Source of the DNA: Candidatus Helarchaeota archaeon
GTDB taxonomy: Archaea; Asgardarchaeota; Lokiarchaeia; Helarchaeales; RDOG01
NCBI GenBank assembly: GCA_019058315.1
Contig: JAHPZH010000001.1
Span: 1,105,432-1,169,431, forward strand
Reading direction: 5' to 3'
Length of the DNA: 64,000 bases
Part shown: positions 49,543-59,556 of the stretch, one piece after another
Position numbering within the stretch: position 1 is the first letter of the stretch
Layout: the number at the start of each line of letters is the position of its first letter
Notes under the pieces: generated by a model
What the model saw: the letters and a program-made list of their open reading frames with translations, nothing else
Databases searched by the model: none
Told to the model about the DNA's origin: nothing
Position numbers and translations under genes: made by a program

Positions 49543-51231
49543 GTGGAGAGAAATGAGTCAATCATTTTATCCATAGGAGAAATTATATTGAAGAAAAAGT
49601 CAGTTTTATTATTCTCTTTGATTTTAATATTTGGTTTACTTATTTCTCTACAAAATATTCATTCATCAATAAATGAACAAATCATTTTGAAAATTAATCA
49701 TAATATTTCTATTCAATTATTTACAAAAGCATGGGAAAAAAATGGTAATCCTGTTTGTATTGACCCATTTAAACAAAGTTCAGTTCATATGATTACTATT
49801 GAAAATGGTTCTGCTTTTCTAATATGGAAAGATATGAGAAATGATGAGGGCGATATATATGGTCAAATTATCGATTCAAATGGATCTGCACAATGGCAAA
49901 CAAATGGTAGAATTCTTGTTAATGAAACAGGGGTACAAAATTCACAAGGCTTAATATATTCGGGTCTAAATTGCGCAATTTTCGTTTGGGAAGATAATAG
50001 ATCTTCAAATCGCGATATTTACGCCCAAAAAATTAATTTAACTACAGGAAATCCAATTTGGAACACCAATGGAACCATAATTTGTAATGAAATCAACGAT
50101 CAAATTGAACCTGATTTGGTAAGCGATGGTAATGGAGGTGCAATAATTACTTGGATTGATAATAGAGATAACAGTTCAACTTTGTTTGTTCAAAGAATTA
50201 ATTCTACCGGCTCAATCAAATGGACTCCCAATGGAACTTTAATCTGTAATAAAACGAACACAAATATTAATTCCCCTCAGATATCAATCGATGGCTTAAA
50301 TGGATCAATTATAGCTTGGTATGATAACAGAACGGGTAATAGTAGTATATATTGTCAAAAAATAAATTCATCTGGTTCCACTGAATGGACAGATAATGGA
50401 ACTATAATCTTAAATTTAAATAATTTAACCATTTTTAATCTACAAATATGCACCGATGGCTTAAATGGTTCAATTGTGGCGTGGTGTGATAATCGAACTG
50501 GATTAGATAGAATCTATGCTCAACGTATAAATGGAAGTGGTATTTCTCGATGGATCGTAAATGGAACTCCAGTTTGTAATTTGACTAATGGAGAACAAAG
50601 AGAACTCGAAATACATGAAGATGGACAAGAAGGTGTAATTTTAGTCTGGAAAGATTTTAGAGCGGGTGCAGGAAATAGTGATCTGTATTCCCAAAAATTA
50701 AATTCTACAGGTGGTAAAGAGTGGGATACTAATGGAACTGCAATATGTAAAGCTCCAAATCATCAATATAGTGCTCAATTAATTAGTGATAATGAGGGGG
50801 GAGCAGTTATAACATGGTTGGATAATAGAAAAGCTAATTATAGAAGAATTTACGTACAGAGAGTTTATCAAAATAAAGACATAAATTGGACTGAAAATGG
50901 TGTTTTAATATGTGAACAACCTAAAACATCGTTAGCCTTTCCTATAATAACATTGGAAGAAAATGTTGGTGCTTATATCTCTTGGTTAGATGATCGTATA
51001 GATGTTAATTTCGATATTTATATTCAAAAAATATTTTTGAATGGAAGTTTGCTATATTCTGAAAAAGATCAAACTCAGACTTTACCTATTATACCTAAAC
51101 TAATAGAACCATTTTATCAGCAAACGTGGTTTTATGTATTATTAATAATTCTATTGATAGATATATTATTAATTTATTATTATTTTCGAAGACAAGAAGA
51201 AGAGGAGAAAGTTTTTGAAAGAAAGGTATAA
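49543..51231 (+). CDS. Secreted, membrane-anchored 8-repeat propeller protein (paralogue of 11614-13329)
   Basis: Repeats W..NG..IC...SDGxGGAIIxWxDxR...IYxQxI; N-terminal signal; C-terminal TM. Confidence 0.85.
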   Translation: MERNESIILSIGEIILKKKSVLLFSLILIFGLLISLQNIHSSINEQIILKINHNISIQLFTKAWEKNGNPVCIDPFKQSSVHMITIENGSAFLIWKDMRNDEGDIYGQIIDSNGSAQWQTNGRILVNETGVQNSQGLIYSGLNCAIFVWEDNRSSNRDIYAQKINLTTGNPIWNTNGTIICNEINDQIEPDLVSDGNGGAIITWIDNRDNSSTLFVQRINSTGSIKWTPNGTLICNKTNTNINSPQISIDGLNGSIIAWYDNRTGNSSIYCQKINSSGSTEWTDNGTIILNLNNLTIFNLQICTDGLNGSIVAWCDNRTGLDRIYAQRINGSGISRWIVNGTPVCNLTNGEQRELEIHEDGQEGVILVWKDFRAGAGNSDLYSQKLNSTGGKEWDTNGTAICKAPNHQYSAQLISDNEGGAVITWLDNRKANYRRIYVQRVYQNKDINWTENGVLICEQPKTSLAFPIITLEENVGAYISWLDDRIDVNFDIYIQKIFLNGSLLYSEKDQTQTLPIIPKLIEPFYQQTWFYVLLIILLIDILLIYYYFRRQEEEEKVFERKV

Positions 51232-51379
51232 ATCGCTAATATATTTGATCATTATAACTGCTATAGGCTTGGTTCTAGGGGTCTTATTTGGATTTATCAC
51301 CGGTATTGCATCTTCTGCACTTGGAATTGTTGAATTTGAAGAAAGGGATAATAAAAATGAGGTTAAATTATGGAATTAA
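51215..51379 (+). CDS. 54-aa single-TM Gly-rich protein (not in ORF track)
   Basis: GAGGAG 7 nt before TTG; MKERYKSLIYLIIITAIGLVLGVLFGFITGIASSALGIVEFEERDNKNEVKLWN; overlaps both neighbours. Confidence 0.7.
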   Translation: MKERYKSLIYLIIITAIGLVLGVLFGFITGIASSALGIVEFEERDNKNEVKLWN

Positions 51380-52512
51380 TTAAGATAAAGAGAAAACCCA
51401 GACGATCCAATCTTCTTCTTATTTTTTTATTTATACTAAATTTTTCATGTGGTGCGTATATAGGAATTGAAATGGGGGGAAAACAAGAAACCACTTATCT
51501 TACAGTAAACTTATCAATGGTCTATTCATCCGAGAAAAAATCTTGGATTAATAGTATTATAGATGAATTTTTCTTTCATATGTTAACCAAATTTGGAATA
51601 ATAGTAAAAATGGACTTTCAACCTATGGGTTCACGTTCTATGGTAATTTCAACAATTACTGGAGAGATAAAACCAACGATATTCAGCCCTGCATCTAGTA
51701 TATGGCTAAATTATACTAATATCAAATTAGCAAGTATGGGAAAACGACCTCTAATTTTTCCTGATGCTGTTCAAACGACGATATATTCTCCCATTGTTAT
51801 TGGAACTTGGAACTTATTTAATTTAAATCAAACTTGGAATATAACTGGGTTTAAATCTCTTCAAAAGATTCCAATCCTTAGATGGAGTCATACAGATCCA
51901 CAACTTTCAAATAGTGGCACAATGTCAGTTTTAATGGAAGTTGCCGCTTTTTTAGGTAAAAATGTAACGGATGTTGAATTTGGGGATCTTTTTGATCCCG
52001 AAATGCGTGCAAATATGGCATGGGCTGAATCCAGAATTCCATATTATGGTGCTAGTACAGGATTTTTAGCGAAAAAAGCTCTAGATGGAACATTAGATGT
52101 ATTTATGGTTTATGAAAATTTAATAATTGATATGAATAAAAAAGATTTAGCAATCGCACGAGGGGGTGCAATGGCAGTATATCCTGAAGAGGGTACATTA
52201 TTAGCTGATCATCCTTTTTGTATATTAGCAGGTGATTGGGTAGATCCATTGGAAGCTTTTGTAGCCAAACAATTCTTGAATTTCATAAAAGAACCCGAAA
52301 TTGTCGCCGAAGCTATTAAAAAAGGTTTTCGGCCAATAGATAACTCAATTCTTTATGAACAAAAATTCTCAGAAATCTTTAATAAAACATTCAATGAGGA
52401 CCTGGCTGGTGTGAAAAAAGTAATTCCATGTAATATATTTGACCCGAATGTAAAATTTGAGATATTAGAAGAAATTCCTGAATTATGGACAGTAGTACGC
52501 GCTGGAGGATAA
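51370..52512 (+). CDS. ABC transporter substrate-binding protein (SBP_bac_11-like, vWA-associated subtype)
   Basis: N-terminal anchor; SSEK, GS, FSPASSIW, SPIV, HTDP..SNSG, VYEN, YPEEGT..DHP. Confidence 0.82.
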   Translation: MELIKIKRKPRRSNLLLIFLFILNFSCGAYIGIEMGGKQETTYLTVNLSMVYSSEKKSWINSIIDEFFFHMLTKFGIIVKMDFQPMGSRSMVISTITGEIKPTIFSPASSIWLNYTNIKLASMGKRPLIFPDAVQTTIYSPIVIGTWNLFNLNQTWNITGFKSLQKIPILRWSHTDPQLSNSGTMSVLMEVAAFLGKNVTDVEFGDLFDPEMRANMAWAESRIPYYGASTGFLAKKALDGTLDVFMVYENLIIDMNKKDLAIARGGAMAVYPEEGTLLADHPFCILAGDWVDPLEAFVAKQFLNFIKEPEIVAEAIKKGFRPIDNSILYEQKFSEIFNKTFNEDLAGVKKVIPCNIFDPNVKFEILEEIPELWTVVRAGG

Positions 52513-52518
52513 ACTCAT

Positions 52519-54306
52519 TTGTTAGATTCGAAAGAAACAACTCAAATAATTCAAAGCAGAGATTTGAATTGGACAAGTAGGCTAGATAGGGTACTTTCCA
52601 CAAAAAAAATGGGCAAATTTGTAGATGGTATTTTTCTAACGGTCTTCTTTGGTTTTTTTATAATTCCTATTTTATTTATTTTCGTTTATGCTCTACTAAA
52701 TTGGGGTGCAATTGACATAGCAGTATTAAATAATCCAATTTCAGGTTCTGCAAGATTTAATGAAATGATTATTGCGTTATTGAGATCTCTCTTAGTAGGG
52801 GGAATTGTGGTGTTGATCGATATATTGATTGGTCTCCCGATGGCTTTAATTTTAGCTAGAAGAGAATTTAGAGGAAAGCGAATATTAGATACATTAGTAG
52901 ATTTACCACTTGCTGTTCCAACGGCAGCTTTAGGCTTTTCAATTTATCTTTTCTGGGGATCTCCTAATGGTATAGCATCAATATTCGGAATAAACCAAAA
53001 TATAGTCCAAGTACTTGCTGGTTCTGCTAGAGGAGGTGGTTTAATTGATGAAGGATTGTTAATGATAATTTTAGTTCATGTTGTATTTACTTACCCTTAT
53101 ATTACTAGAAATTTAAAGGTAGTAATTTTAAATGTAGATGAAGCATATGAACATGCTGCTAGAAGTCTAGGGGCTCAAAAATATACTATATTTCGAACAA
53201 TAACTGGTCCCTTAATGAAGGAGGGACTCATTGCGGGAGCTATTTTAGCATTTGCCAGAAGTTTGGGAGAAACGGGTGCTACTTTGATGGTTTATGGTAC
53301 AGATGCCACAGCACCCATACAGATAGTATCTTTAAGAAATTTAGGACAATTTCATGGAGCAGCTTTTTTGTCAATGATTTTGGTTGCAATTTCTTTATTT
53401 TTATTATTTTTGGTTAAAGTAATAACTCGAAAGGTAGGTTTGCCAATTCAAAAAGTCTGGTATGGATTTGAAAAATTTCTTTCTAAACGATCATTAAAAA
53501 TTACTCGTGATACTCTTGTATTAATAATCTTCTTTTCGGTTGTCTTGATTCCTGCTCTTTTTATTATTTTTTATCTAGGGACTCATTTTACAGGAGTAGA
53601 AGGTGCATTCTATAAAGTATTTTTTGATCCCGATAATAAGTGGGCAAGTATATGGATGAATTTATTAAATTCGCTATCAATTGCTGGAATTGCTACTTTA
53701 TTAAATTTATTAATTGGAATTCCCCTTGCCTTTATGATTGTAAGGAGAAATTGGGGGAAATTTAATAATGTTTTAGACACCATTGTTGATATTCCACTTA
53801 CAATTCCATCAAGTGCTTTAGGTTTCTCATTATTCTTATTCTGGGGAACCCTTGGCCCATTTGGTCCAAATGGGATAATAAAGTTTCCAAATGGGATATT
53901 TTCGCCAGGATATGCGCTTATTGTTATTGTTCATGTTGTATTTACTCTACCATATATGGTTCGAGTACTTGTTGCGGTTATAACAAATTTAGAACCTGGA
54001 TATGAAGAGGCATCAAGGACTCTTGGTGCTACTTCATTTGCTACATTTCGAAATGTTACCCTACCATTAATAAAAAATGGTCTAATTGCAGGTTCAATCA
54101 TGGTTTTCACAAGATCTTTAGGAGAAACTGGTGCAACTGTAGTAGTTATGGGATTAGTTAGAACGATCCCTGTAACAATTGTAGATTGGGTAGAGGCTAT
54201 GGAGCTTGAGGCTGCAGCATTTGCAAGTTTTATTTTAATAGTATTATCATTCATCTTAATTCTAATTTTAAGAAGGGTTACTGGAAAAGAAAAAGGATTA
54301 GTCTAG
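52519..54306 (+). CDS. Fused double ABC permease (ModB/CysT/FbpB-like)
   Basis: Two halves, each with D.PL..P..ALG, EAA-like loop (EHAARSLGA; EEASRTLGA) and F.RSLGETGAT. Confidence 0.92.
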   Translation: MLDSKETTQIIQSRDLNWTSRLDRVLSTKKMGKFVDGIFLTVFFGFFIIPILFIFVYALLNWGAIDIAVLNNPISGSARFNEMIIALLRSLLVGGIVVLIDILIGLPMALILARREFRGKRILDTLVDLPLAVPTAALGFSIYLFWGSPNGIASIFGINQNIVQVLAGSARGGGLIDEGLLMIILVHVVFTYPYITRNLKVVILNVDEAYEHAARSLGAQKYTIFRTITGPLMKEGLIAGAILAFARSLGETGATLMVYGTDATAPIQIVSLRNLGQFHGAAFLSMILVAISLFLLFLVKVITRKVGLPIQKVWYGFEKFLSKRSLKITRDTLVLIIFFSVVLIPALFIIFYLGTHFTGVEGAFYKVFFDPDNKWASIWMNLLNSLSIAGIATLLNLLIGIPLAFMIVRRNWGKFNNVLDTIVDIPLTIPSSALGFSLFLFWGTLGPFGPNGIIKFPNGIFSPGYALIVIVHVVFTLPYMVRVLVAVITNLEPGYEEASRTLGATSFATFRNVTLPLIKNGLIAGSIMVFTRSLGETGATVVVMGLVRTIPVTIVDWVEAMELEAAAFASFILIVLSFILILILRRVTGKEKGLV

Positions 54307-54316
54307 GTTTATTTAA

Positions 54317-55426
54317 ATGCCACATATAGTAATAAAAGACATTAGAAAAACGTATGATAAAGGTAGAGTTATTGCTAACGATGACATAGATTTGGAAATT
54401 TATGATAAAGAATATCTCACGCTTCTTGGCCCTAGTGGATGTGGAAAAACTACATTATTAAGAATAATTGCTGGGCTTGCAGAGCCCGATTCAGGTGAAA
54501 TTTATTTTAATGGGAAACTTTTAACCGATATTCCTCCTGAAGATAGAGACATTGGTATGGTTTTTCAACATTTTGAGATTTTTCCCTTTTTAGATGTCTG
54601 GGATAATGTGGCGTATTCGGGACGAGTGAATAAATGGAAAAAGGATAAAATAGAAGATGAGACTTTAAAAGCTTTGAAAATGGTAAATTTAACTAATCGT
54701 GCTGGGGATTTTCCCGAAGAGTTATCGGATCCAGAATTGCAGCGAGTGGGAATTGCTCGTGCATTAGCTACTGGTTCTAAACTTCTTTTATTAGATGAAC
54801 CTCTTGGTGCGTTGGACCAACGTTATAGGGATGAATTCCGGCATGAATTGCGAAAATTGGTAAATGATCTGGGTTTAACTGCGATTCACGTTACCCATGA
54901 CCAAGATGAAGCTATGATGATATCGGATCGCATTGCTGTTATGAGAAAAGGAATAATATTTCAGGTAGGAACTCCTAGTGAATTATATGTTAAACCAAAT
55001 TGTATATTTGTAGCAAATTTTATTGGCGAATCAAATTTTCTTGAAGGTGAAATATCAGAAATTAACAATTCTCATTCAATAATTACTTTACGATCAGATG
55101 GTCCAAAGGTTATTTCAGCTAACACTAAATATAAAATTGGACAAAGAGTGGTATTAAGTATAAGAAAAGAGCTAATCAAAATTAAACCAATTGATAAAGG
55201 AAACCAATATACCACAGAAGCTGTAATAAAAGAAATCACATTTCTTGGATCTTATTTAAGATTAAATTGTGAACTTGCTAACGGTGATTTTGTCGAGGTT
55301 AAGGTGACATATCCAACGAAATTCCCAATTAAAGTTGAGGATAAAATCCTATTAAAAATGCATCCTAAAAATTTGTTAACTTTTGAATATCCACCTGTAT
55401 TAGCTGATGAATTAGCTTTAGAGTAA
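54317..55426 (+). CDS. ABC ATPase (PotA/CysA-like, TOBE domain) with degenerate signature motif
   Basis: GPSGCGKT, VFQ, LSDPE in place of LSGGQ, LLLDEPL, VTHD. Confidence 0.92.
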   Translation: MPHIVIKDIRKTYDKGRVIANDDIDLEIYDKEYLTLLGPSGCGKTTLLRIIAGLAEPDSGEIYFNGKLLTDIPPEDRDIGMVFQHFEIFPFLDVWDNVAYSGRVNKWKKDKIEDETLKALKMVNLTNRAGDFPEELSDPELQRVGIARALATGSKLLLLDEPLGALDQRYRDEFRHELRKLVNDLGLTAIHVTHDQDEAMMISDRIAVMRKGIIFQVGTPSELYVKPNCIFVANFIGESNFLEGEISEINNSHSIITLRSDGPKVISANTKYKIGQRVVLSIRKELIKIKPIDKGNQYTTEAVIKEITFLGSYLRLNCELANGDFVEVKVTYPTKFPIKVEDKILLKMHPKNLLTFEYPPVLADELALE

Positions 55427-55448
55427 TAAGAAATAAAGGTGTAATGTC

Positions 55449-56558
55449 TTGTCAGAAGTTAAATTAGTAAATATATCAAAAAAATATGAAGATAGAGAAT
55501 ATATTTCTAATTTGAGTTTTAATGTTAGACCAGGGGAATATTTTACTATATGTGGTCCTACAGGGGCTGGTAAAAGCTCAATTTTGAAAATTATTGCAGG
55601 TTTAATTGATCCAGATGAGGGGAAAATTTACATAAATAATAAATTTTTTAATAATATTCCAGCCCAAGAACGTGGGATAGGCATGGTTTTTGAACATCAT
55701 ACATATGCACTTTTTCCTCATTATAGCGTCTTAGAAAATACCTCTTATGGTCCTCGTGTTAAAGGTGGAGATTTAGATGAAATTAAAAAGACAGGTATGG
55801 AGTTCTTGGAAATGGTCTTACTAGATGAGAGAGCGGACGCATTTCCTAGAGAATGCAGTGGAGGTATGAAACAAAGGGTTGCTCTAGCTAGAGCCGTAAT
55901 GTCGAGTGATCAATTATTGCTTTTAGATGAACCACTTTCTGCTTTAGATGCAAAAATAAGGATGTCACTACGCAAAGAACTAATGAAGTTAATTAGAGAT
56001 CTCGGTATTACTTGTATCCACGCAACACAAGATACAGAAGAGGCTTTAATGGTATCAGATAGAATTTTAGTATTAAATAAAGGACAAATTGAGCAAATAG
56101 GAACTCCATTTGAGATATATGAGCATCCTAATAATCTTTTCGTTGCAAGATTTATGAGCACTTGTAATTTTATTGAGGGAAGAATAAAAAATATAGTTGA
56201 TAATTCATATTCTGAGATTCTTCTTATTAATGATCAAATCATTAGAGTAAAAGATTCATCATTTCCTATTGATCAAAAAGTTGTTGTAGCAATTAAAGCT
56301 GAAAATATAGAAGTAGAATCTGGTAAAGCTGAATTTCTGAATGGAATTCAGGGAATTATTGAAACTTCCAGATTTGTTAGTGGTAATAATATTGATGAAA
56401 TTCGCTTAGAGACAGGAGATGTTTTTATTTCAAAAAAACATGCCACCGAATTATGGTTTTCACCTGGAGATGAGGTTACTATCCATTTTGAACCAGAACG
56501 AGCGATTCTATTTCCATATCCTAAGATTGGTCTTAAAAAGGCGATTGAAATTGATTAA
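55449..56558 (+). CDS. ABC ATPase (PotA/CysA-like, TOBE domain) with degenerate Q-loop and H-switch
   Basis: GPTGAGKS, VFE, CSGGM, LLLDEPL, ATQD. Confidence 0.92.
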   Translation: MSEVKLVNISKKYEDREYISNLSFNVRPGEYFTICGPTGAGKSSILKIIAGLIDPDEGKIYINNKFFNNIPAQERGIGMVFEHHTYALFPHYSVLENTSYGPRVKGGDLDEIKKTGMEFLEMVLLDERADAFPRECSGGMKQRVALARAVMSSDQLLLLDEPLSALDAKIRMSLRKELMKLIRDLGITCIHATQDTEEALMVSDRILVLNKGQIEQIGTPFEIYEHPNNLFVARFMSTCNFIEGRIKNIVDNSYSEILLINDQIIRVKDSSFPIDQKVVVAIKAENIEVESGKAEFLNGIQGIIETSRFVSGNNIDEIRLETGDVFISKKHATELWFSPGDEVTIHFEPERAILFPYPKIGLKKAIEID

Positions 56559-56584
56559 GGAGATAAATAGATGGAGATAAATTT

Positions 56585-57082
56585 ATGAAATACAAAGAAT
56601 CATTAATATTAATTGTAGCATATCTTATAATTTCACTGTTAATGATGTTTATTCCATTTCATACTACTTCATTTTTTAAGACTCTTTATTTTATAGGGAT
56701 TATAATTTATATTGCTACGGGATTGTTATTCATTTTTTGTATGAGTATAGGAAAAGAAGAAGCGATAAAATTTGGCTTCATAGTTGGAATCAGCTCGTGG
56801 ATTCTTTTATTATTAAGTAGTTCAAATAGTACAATATTAAATATTAATATAATTGAAACTTGGCATCTAATTAATACATTAGAGAGCCTTAACATAATTA
56901 ATCCAGTTGTGGATGTGGATCTCCCCTCTTACATTATTTCTGAACTTTTGTATGGTATGAATGTGAATTATGTCATTAACTCCATAGGATTAATAATTTT
57001 AACAATAATCGGATGTTTAATTATCACATATGCGTTTATAAAAATTAGAGAGCAAATGAATAAAGTTTTAAACCTTCGATAA
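56585..57082 (+). CDS. Hypothetical membrane protein (about 4 TMs)
   Basis: Hydrophobic 165-aa ORF with GGAG upstream, co-oriented with the ABC operon. Confidence 0.65.
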   Translation: MKYKESLILIVAYLIISLLMMFIPFHTTSFFKTLYFIGIIIYIATGLLFIFCMSIGKEEAIKFGFIVGISSWILLLLSSSNSTILNINIIETWHLINTLESLNIINPVVDVDLPSYIISELLYGMNVNYVINSIGLIILTIIGCLIITYAFIKIREQMNKVLNLR

Positions 57083-58075
57083 TTTGGCTCTTGTTAAAAT
57101 CTGAGTATAAAGTGATTTTGTCACCGGTGTTGGAACATTTAATTCTTGACCTAATCTAATAATTGTTCCACCAAATAAATCTCCTTCATTTTTCTTACCT
57201 TTTTCAATATCTCTTTGATAACTTGTTTTTATGTCGGGATAAGCTTTACAAAATTCAATTGTTTTTGAAATAATATTATCTGACAATTTTATTTTCTTTT
57301 TTTCTGCAATCTCAACTATTTCTTGCATGACTTTTGTTAATAATTCCAGTGATTCATTATTGAAAATAACGCCACCTAGAGTTTTTCCAGTAAAAGCTGT
57401 TACTAATGCAAAAGAAGCGACAAGGAGATATTTTTCCCATATTATTTGATATGGATTATCTCTCCAATTAAACATGGAAAGAGTCGGATCTGGAGCATTT
57501 GGAATATTATATTGGCCAAAACCTAAATCCTTAAAAAAATCAAATACCGGTTGTGGATTAAAATCTGGAAATTTTGGATCTTTTCCACAATAAAAAAATC
57601 CTGGATTACCACTTTGTGTCACTACACCTGGTTTTTCAATATGTGATCCTACATAAACACAAGATGGAAAAACAATACATTTATTGAGATTTTTTCTAAT
57701 TCTTTCATAAATATCAATACCATTAAGGAGAGGTATTATGATAGTATCTTCTTTAAGAAATTTTGCTAATTTGATGACTAAATCATCTAGATCATAACTT
57801 TTCACACAAATAATGCATAAATCAGGAAATGGTATATTTAATAAATTATCACTCGCCATAGTTGGTTTACAAATTATTCCTTTTTCTTCAGGAGTATTAA
57901 TTATTAACCCGTTTTTTATAATTTCCTTTAAATGAGCCCCTCGGGCTAAAAAATAAATTTTTTTCTTTTTATCTACAAGTTTATTAATTTTATAAGCTAT
58001 TTTTCCACCAAAATAACCCCCAACACCACCTACTCCACAAATTAATACATCATTAATTTTCTTATCTTTATTCAT
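57068..58075 (-). CDS. panE: Ketopantoate reductase family (2-dehydropantoate 2-reductase)
   Basis: GVGGVGG, ARG.H, CVKSY, LLNG, WEK, TSYQRD...K.E, VPTP. Confidence 0.85.
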   Translation of the reverse strand: MNKDKKINDVLICGVGGVGGYFGGKIAYKINKLVDKKKKIYFLARGAHLKEIIKNGLIINTPEEKGIICKPTMASDNLLNIPFPDLCIICVKSYDLDDLVIKLAKFLKEDTIIIPLLNGIDIYERIRKNLNKCIVFPSCVYVGSHIEKPGVVTQSGNPGFFYCGKDPKFPDFNPQPVFDFFKDLGFGQYNIPNAPDPTLSMFNWRDNPYQIIWEKYLLVASFALVTAFTGKTLGGVIFNNESLELLTKVMQEIVEIAEKKKIKLSDNIISKTIEFCKAYPDIKTSYQRDIEKGKKNEGDLFGGTIIRLGQELNVPTPVTKSLYTQILTRAKLSKV

Positions 58076-58214
58076 ATAAGCTCAACCAGATTAAATTTAA
58101 TTCTCTGAAATTTTATCATTTAGACTTTTCAAGTTTATTTCTTTATCTCTTTTTTGATTAAATTTAAATAAAAATTCCGATTCTATTATTCATCTTAACT
58201 GGAAGAAAAATAGA

Positions 58215-59471
58215 ATGAGAAAAGATACTAATTTATTATTATTAGCAATTACACTTTATTCCATGGGACGAGTTGCCATCTTTATCTTCGCTCTAACAAA
58301 AGCAGATCGTATTGCTAATCCTATTATTCCTACAATTATGATGGCATTTTACTTTGCTTTCTCAGCTATTTTTGGAATTTTCTTTGGAAGCCTCTCAGAT
58401 AAAGTAAAAAAAAGAAATATCTTCAATATTTATGGCACTACAATAGCGGGTGTAGTTTATTTATTCTATTTTTTTGTTTTTGATCCTATTTTGTTAATTA
58501 TACTTCATATTTTTGCGGGAATAACATTTTCTGCTTCAGTCCCAACATCACAAGCATTATTTTCCGAATTAGAACCTGAAATGGAGCGGGGGAGATTAAT
58601 GAGCTATTATAATTGTATTAGCTCAGTTGGTTGGGCTATTGGTTCACTAGTTGGGGGCTATATTGCAGAAATAAGCGGAGATTTTGTATTTATTTTCTGC
58701 TCAATTACCACTTTTTGTGCTGGTTTTGTTGTATTTTTTGTTCAAGATGTTCCATTCGAAAACAAAGTATCTAATATATCAAATAATCCAATCAACCATC
58801 AATCAAATTTTATCGATGAAGATGTTAAACGGATTCTAATTCTTATTGCTGTAGTTTTGCTATTTCGTCATATTGCAAGTCAAGGTTCAATTGTCTCGCT
58901 CCTGCCCAATTGGTTAACACGTTTAGGGGCTACACCCTTTGAAAGCTCAATCATTCTTTCTATAAATATGATTACACAAACAATTGTTATGATACCCATA
59001 GGAACATTAACAGATAAAGTCGGTCGCAAAATTATTTTAGGTATTGGTGTTGCCTGTACTGGTTTAGCAGCATTTCTTTATTCTTTAGCAACTAATCCTT
59101 GGCATGTTATACCATCTCAAATTTTAATTGCAATCTCTTGGAGCACATTAATAACATCAGCAACAGCAATAGTAACTGATATTACAGAAAGAGAAAATAG
59201 AAGTACGGGAATGGGATATTTAACTGCGGGATTAGCTATTGGTGGTACTATTGGGCCCTTAATTTCTGGCTCGTTGCTTTATTATTTATCTAATAGTTTA
59301 AATTGTACTATCTCATTTGGTGGATTATTTGATCCCCTACTTAATTTTCTTACTAATGGAAATAGGGTTTTTATTCTAACATTCCAACTAGTTAGCTTAT
59401 TTTCTATTTTGGGTATACTTATTCTTTTGAAACTAAAAGAAGATAAAAAGAAACATCAATATAGTTTGTAA
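58215..59471 (+). CDS. MFS transporter
   Basis: Motif A GSLSDKVKKR and GTLTDKVGRK; about 12 TMs. Confidence 0.9.
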   Translation: MRKDTNLLLLAITLYSMGRVAIFIFALTKADRIANPIIPTIMMAFYFAFSAIFGIFFGSLSDKVKKRNIFNIYGTTIAGVVYLFYFFVFDPILLIILHIFAGITFSASVPTSQALFSELEPEMERGRLMSYYNCISSVGWAIGSLVGGYIAEISGDFVFIFCSITTFCAGFVVFFVQDVPFENKVSNISNNPINHQSNFIDEDVKRILILIAVVLLFRHIASQGSIVSLLPNWLTRLGATPFESSIILSINMITQTIVMIPIGTLTDKVGRKIILGIGVACTGLAAFLYSLATNPWHVIPSQILIAISWSTLITSATAIVTDITERENRSTGMGYLTAGLAIGGTIGPLISGSLLYYLSNSLNCTISFGGLFDPLLNFLTNGNRVFILTFQLVSLFSILGILILLKLKEDKKKHQYSL

Positions 59472-59556
59472 ATGAAATTTCTTATTACTTAATGTTTCAA
59501 AACCAATATTCAATAAGTACTTGTTAACTATCAACTATTTTAGAATAAAAAAGTAA

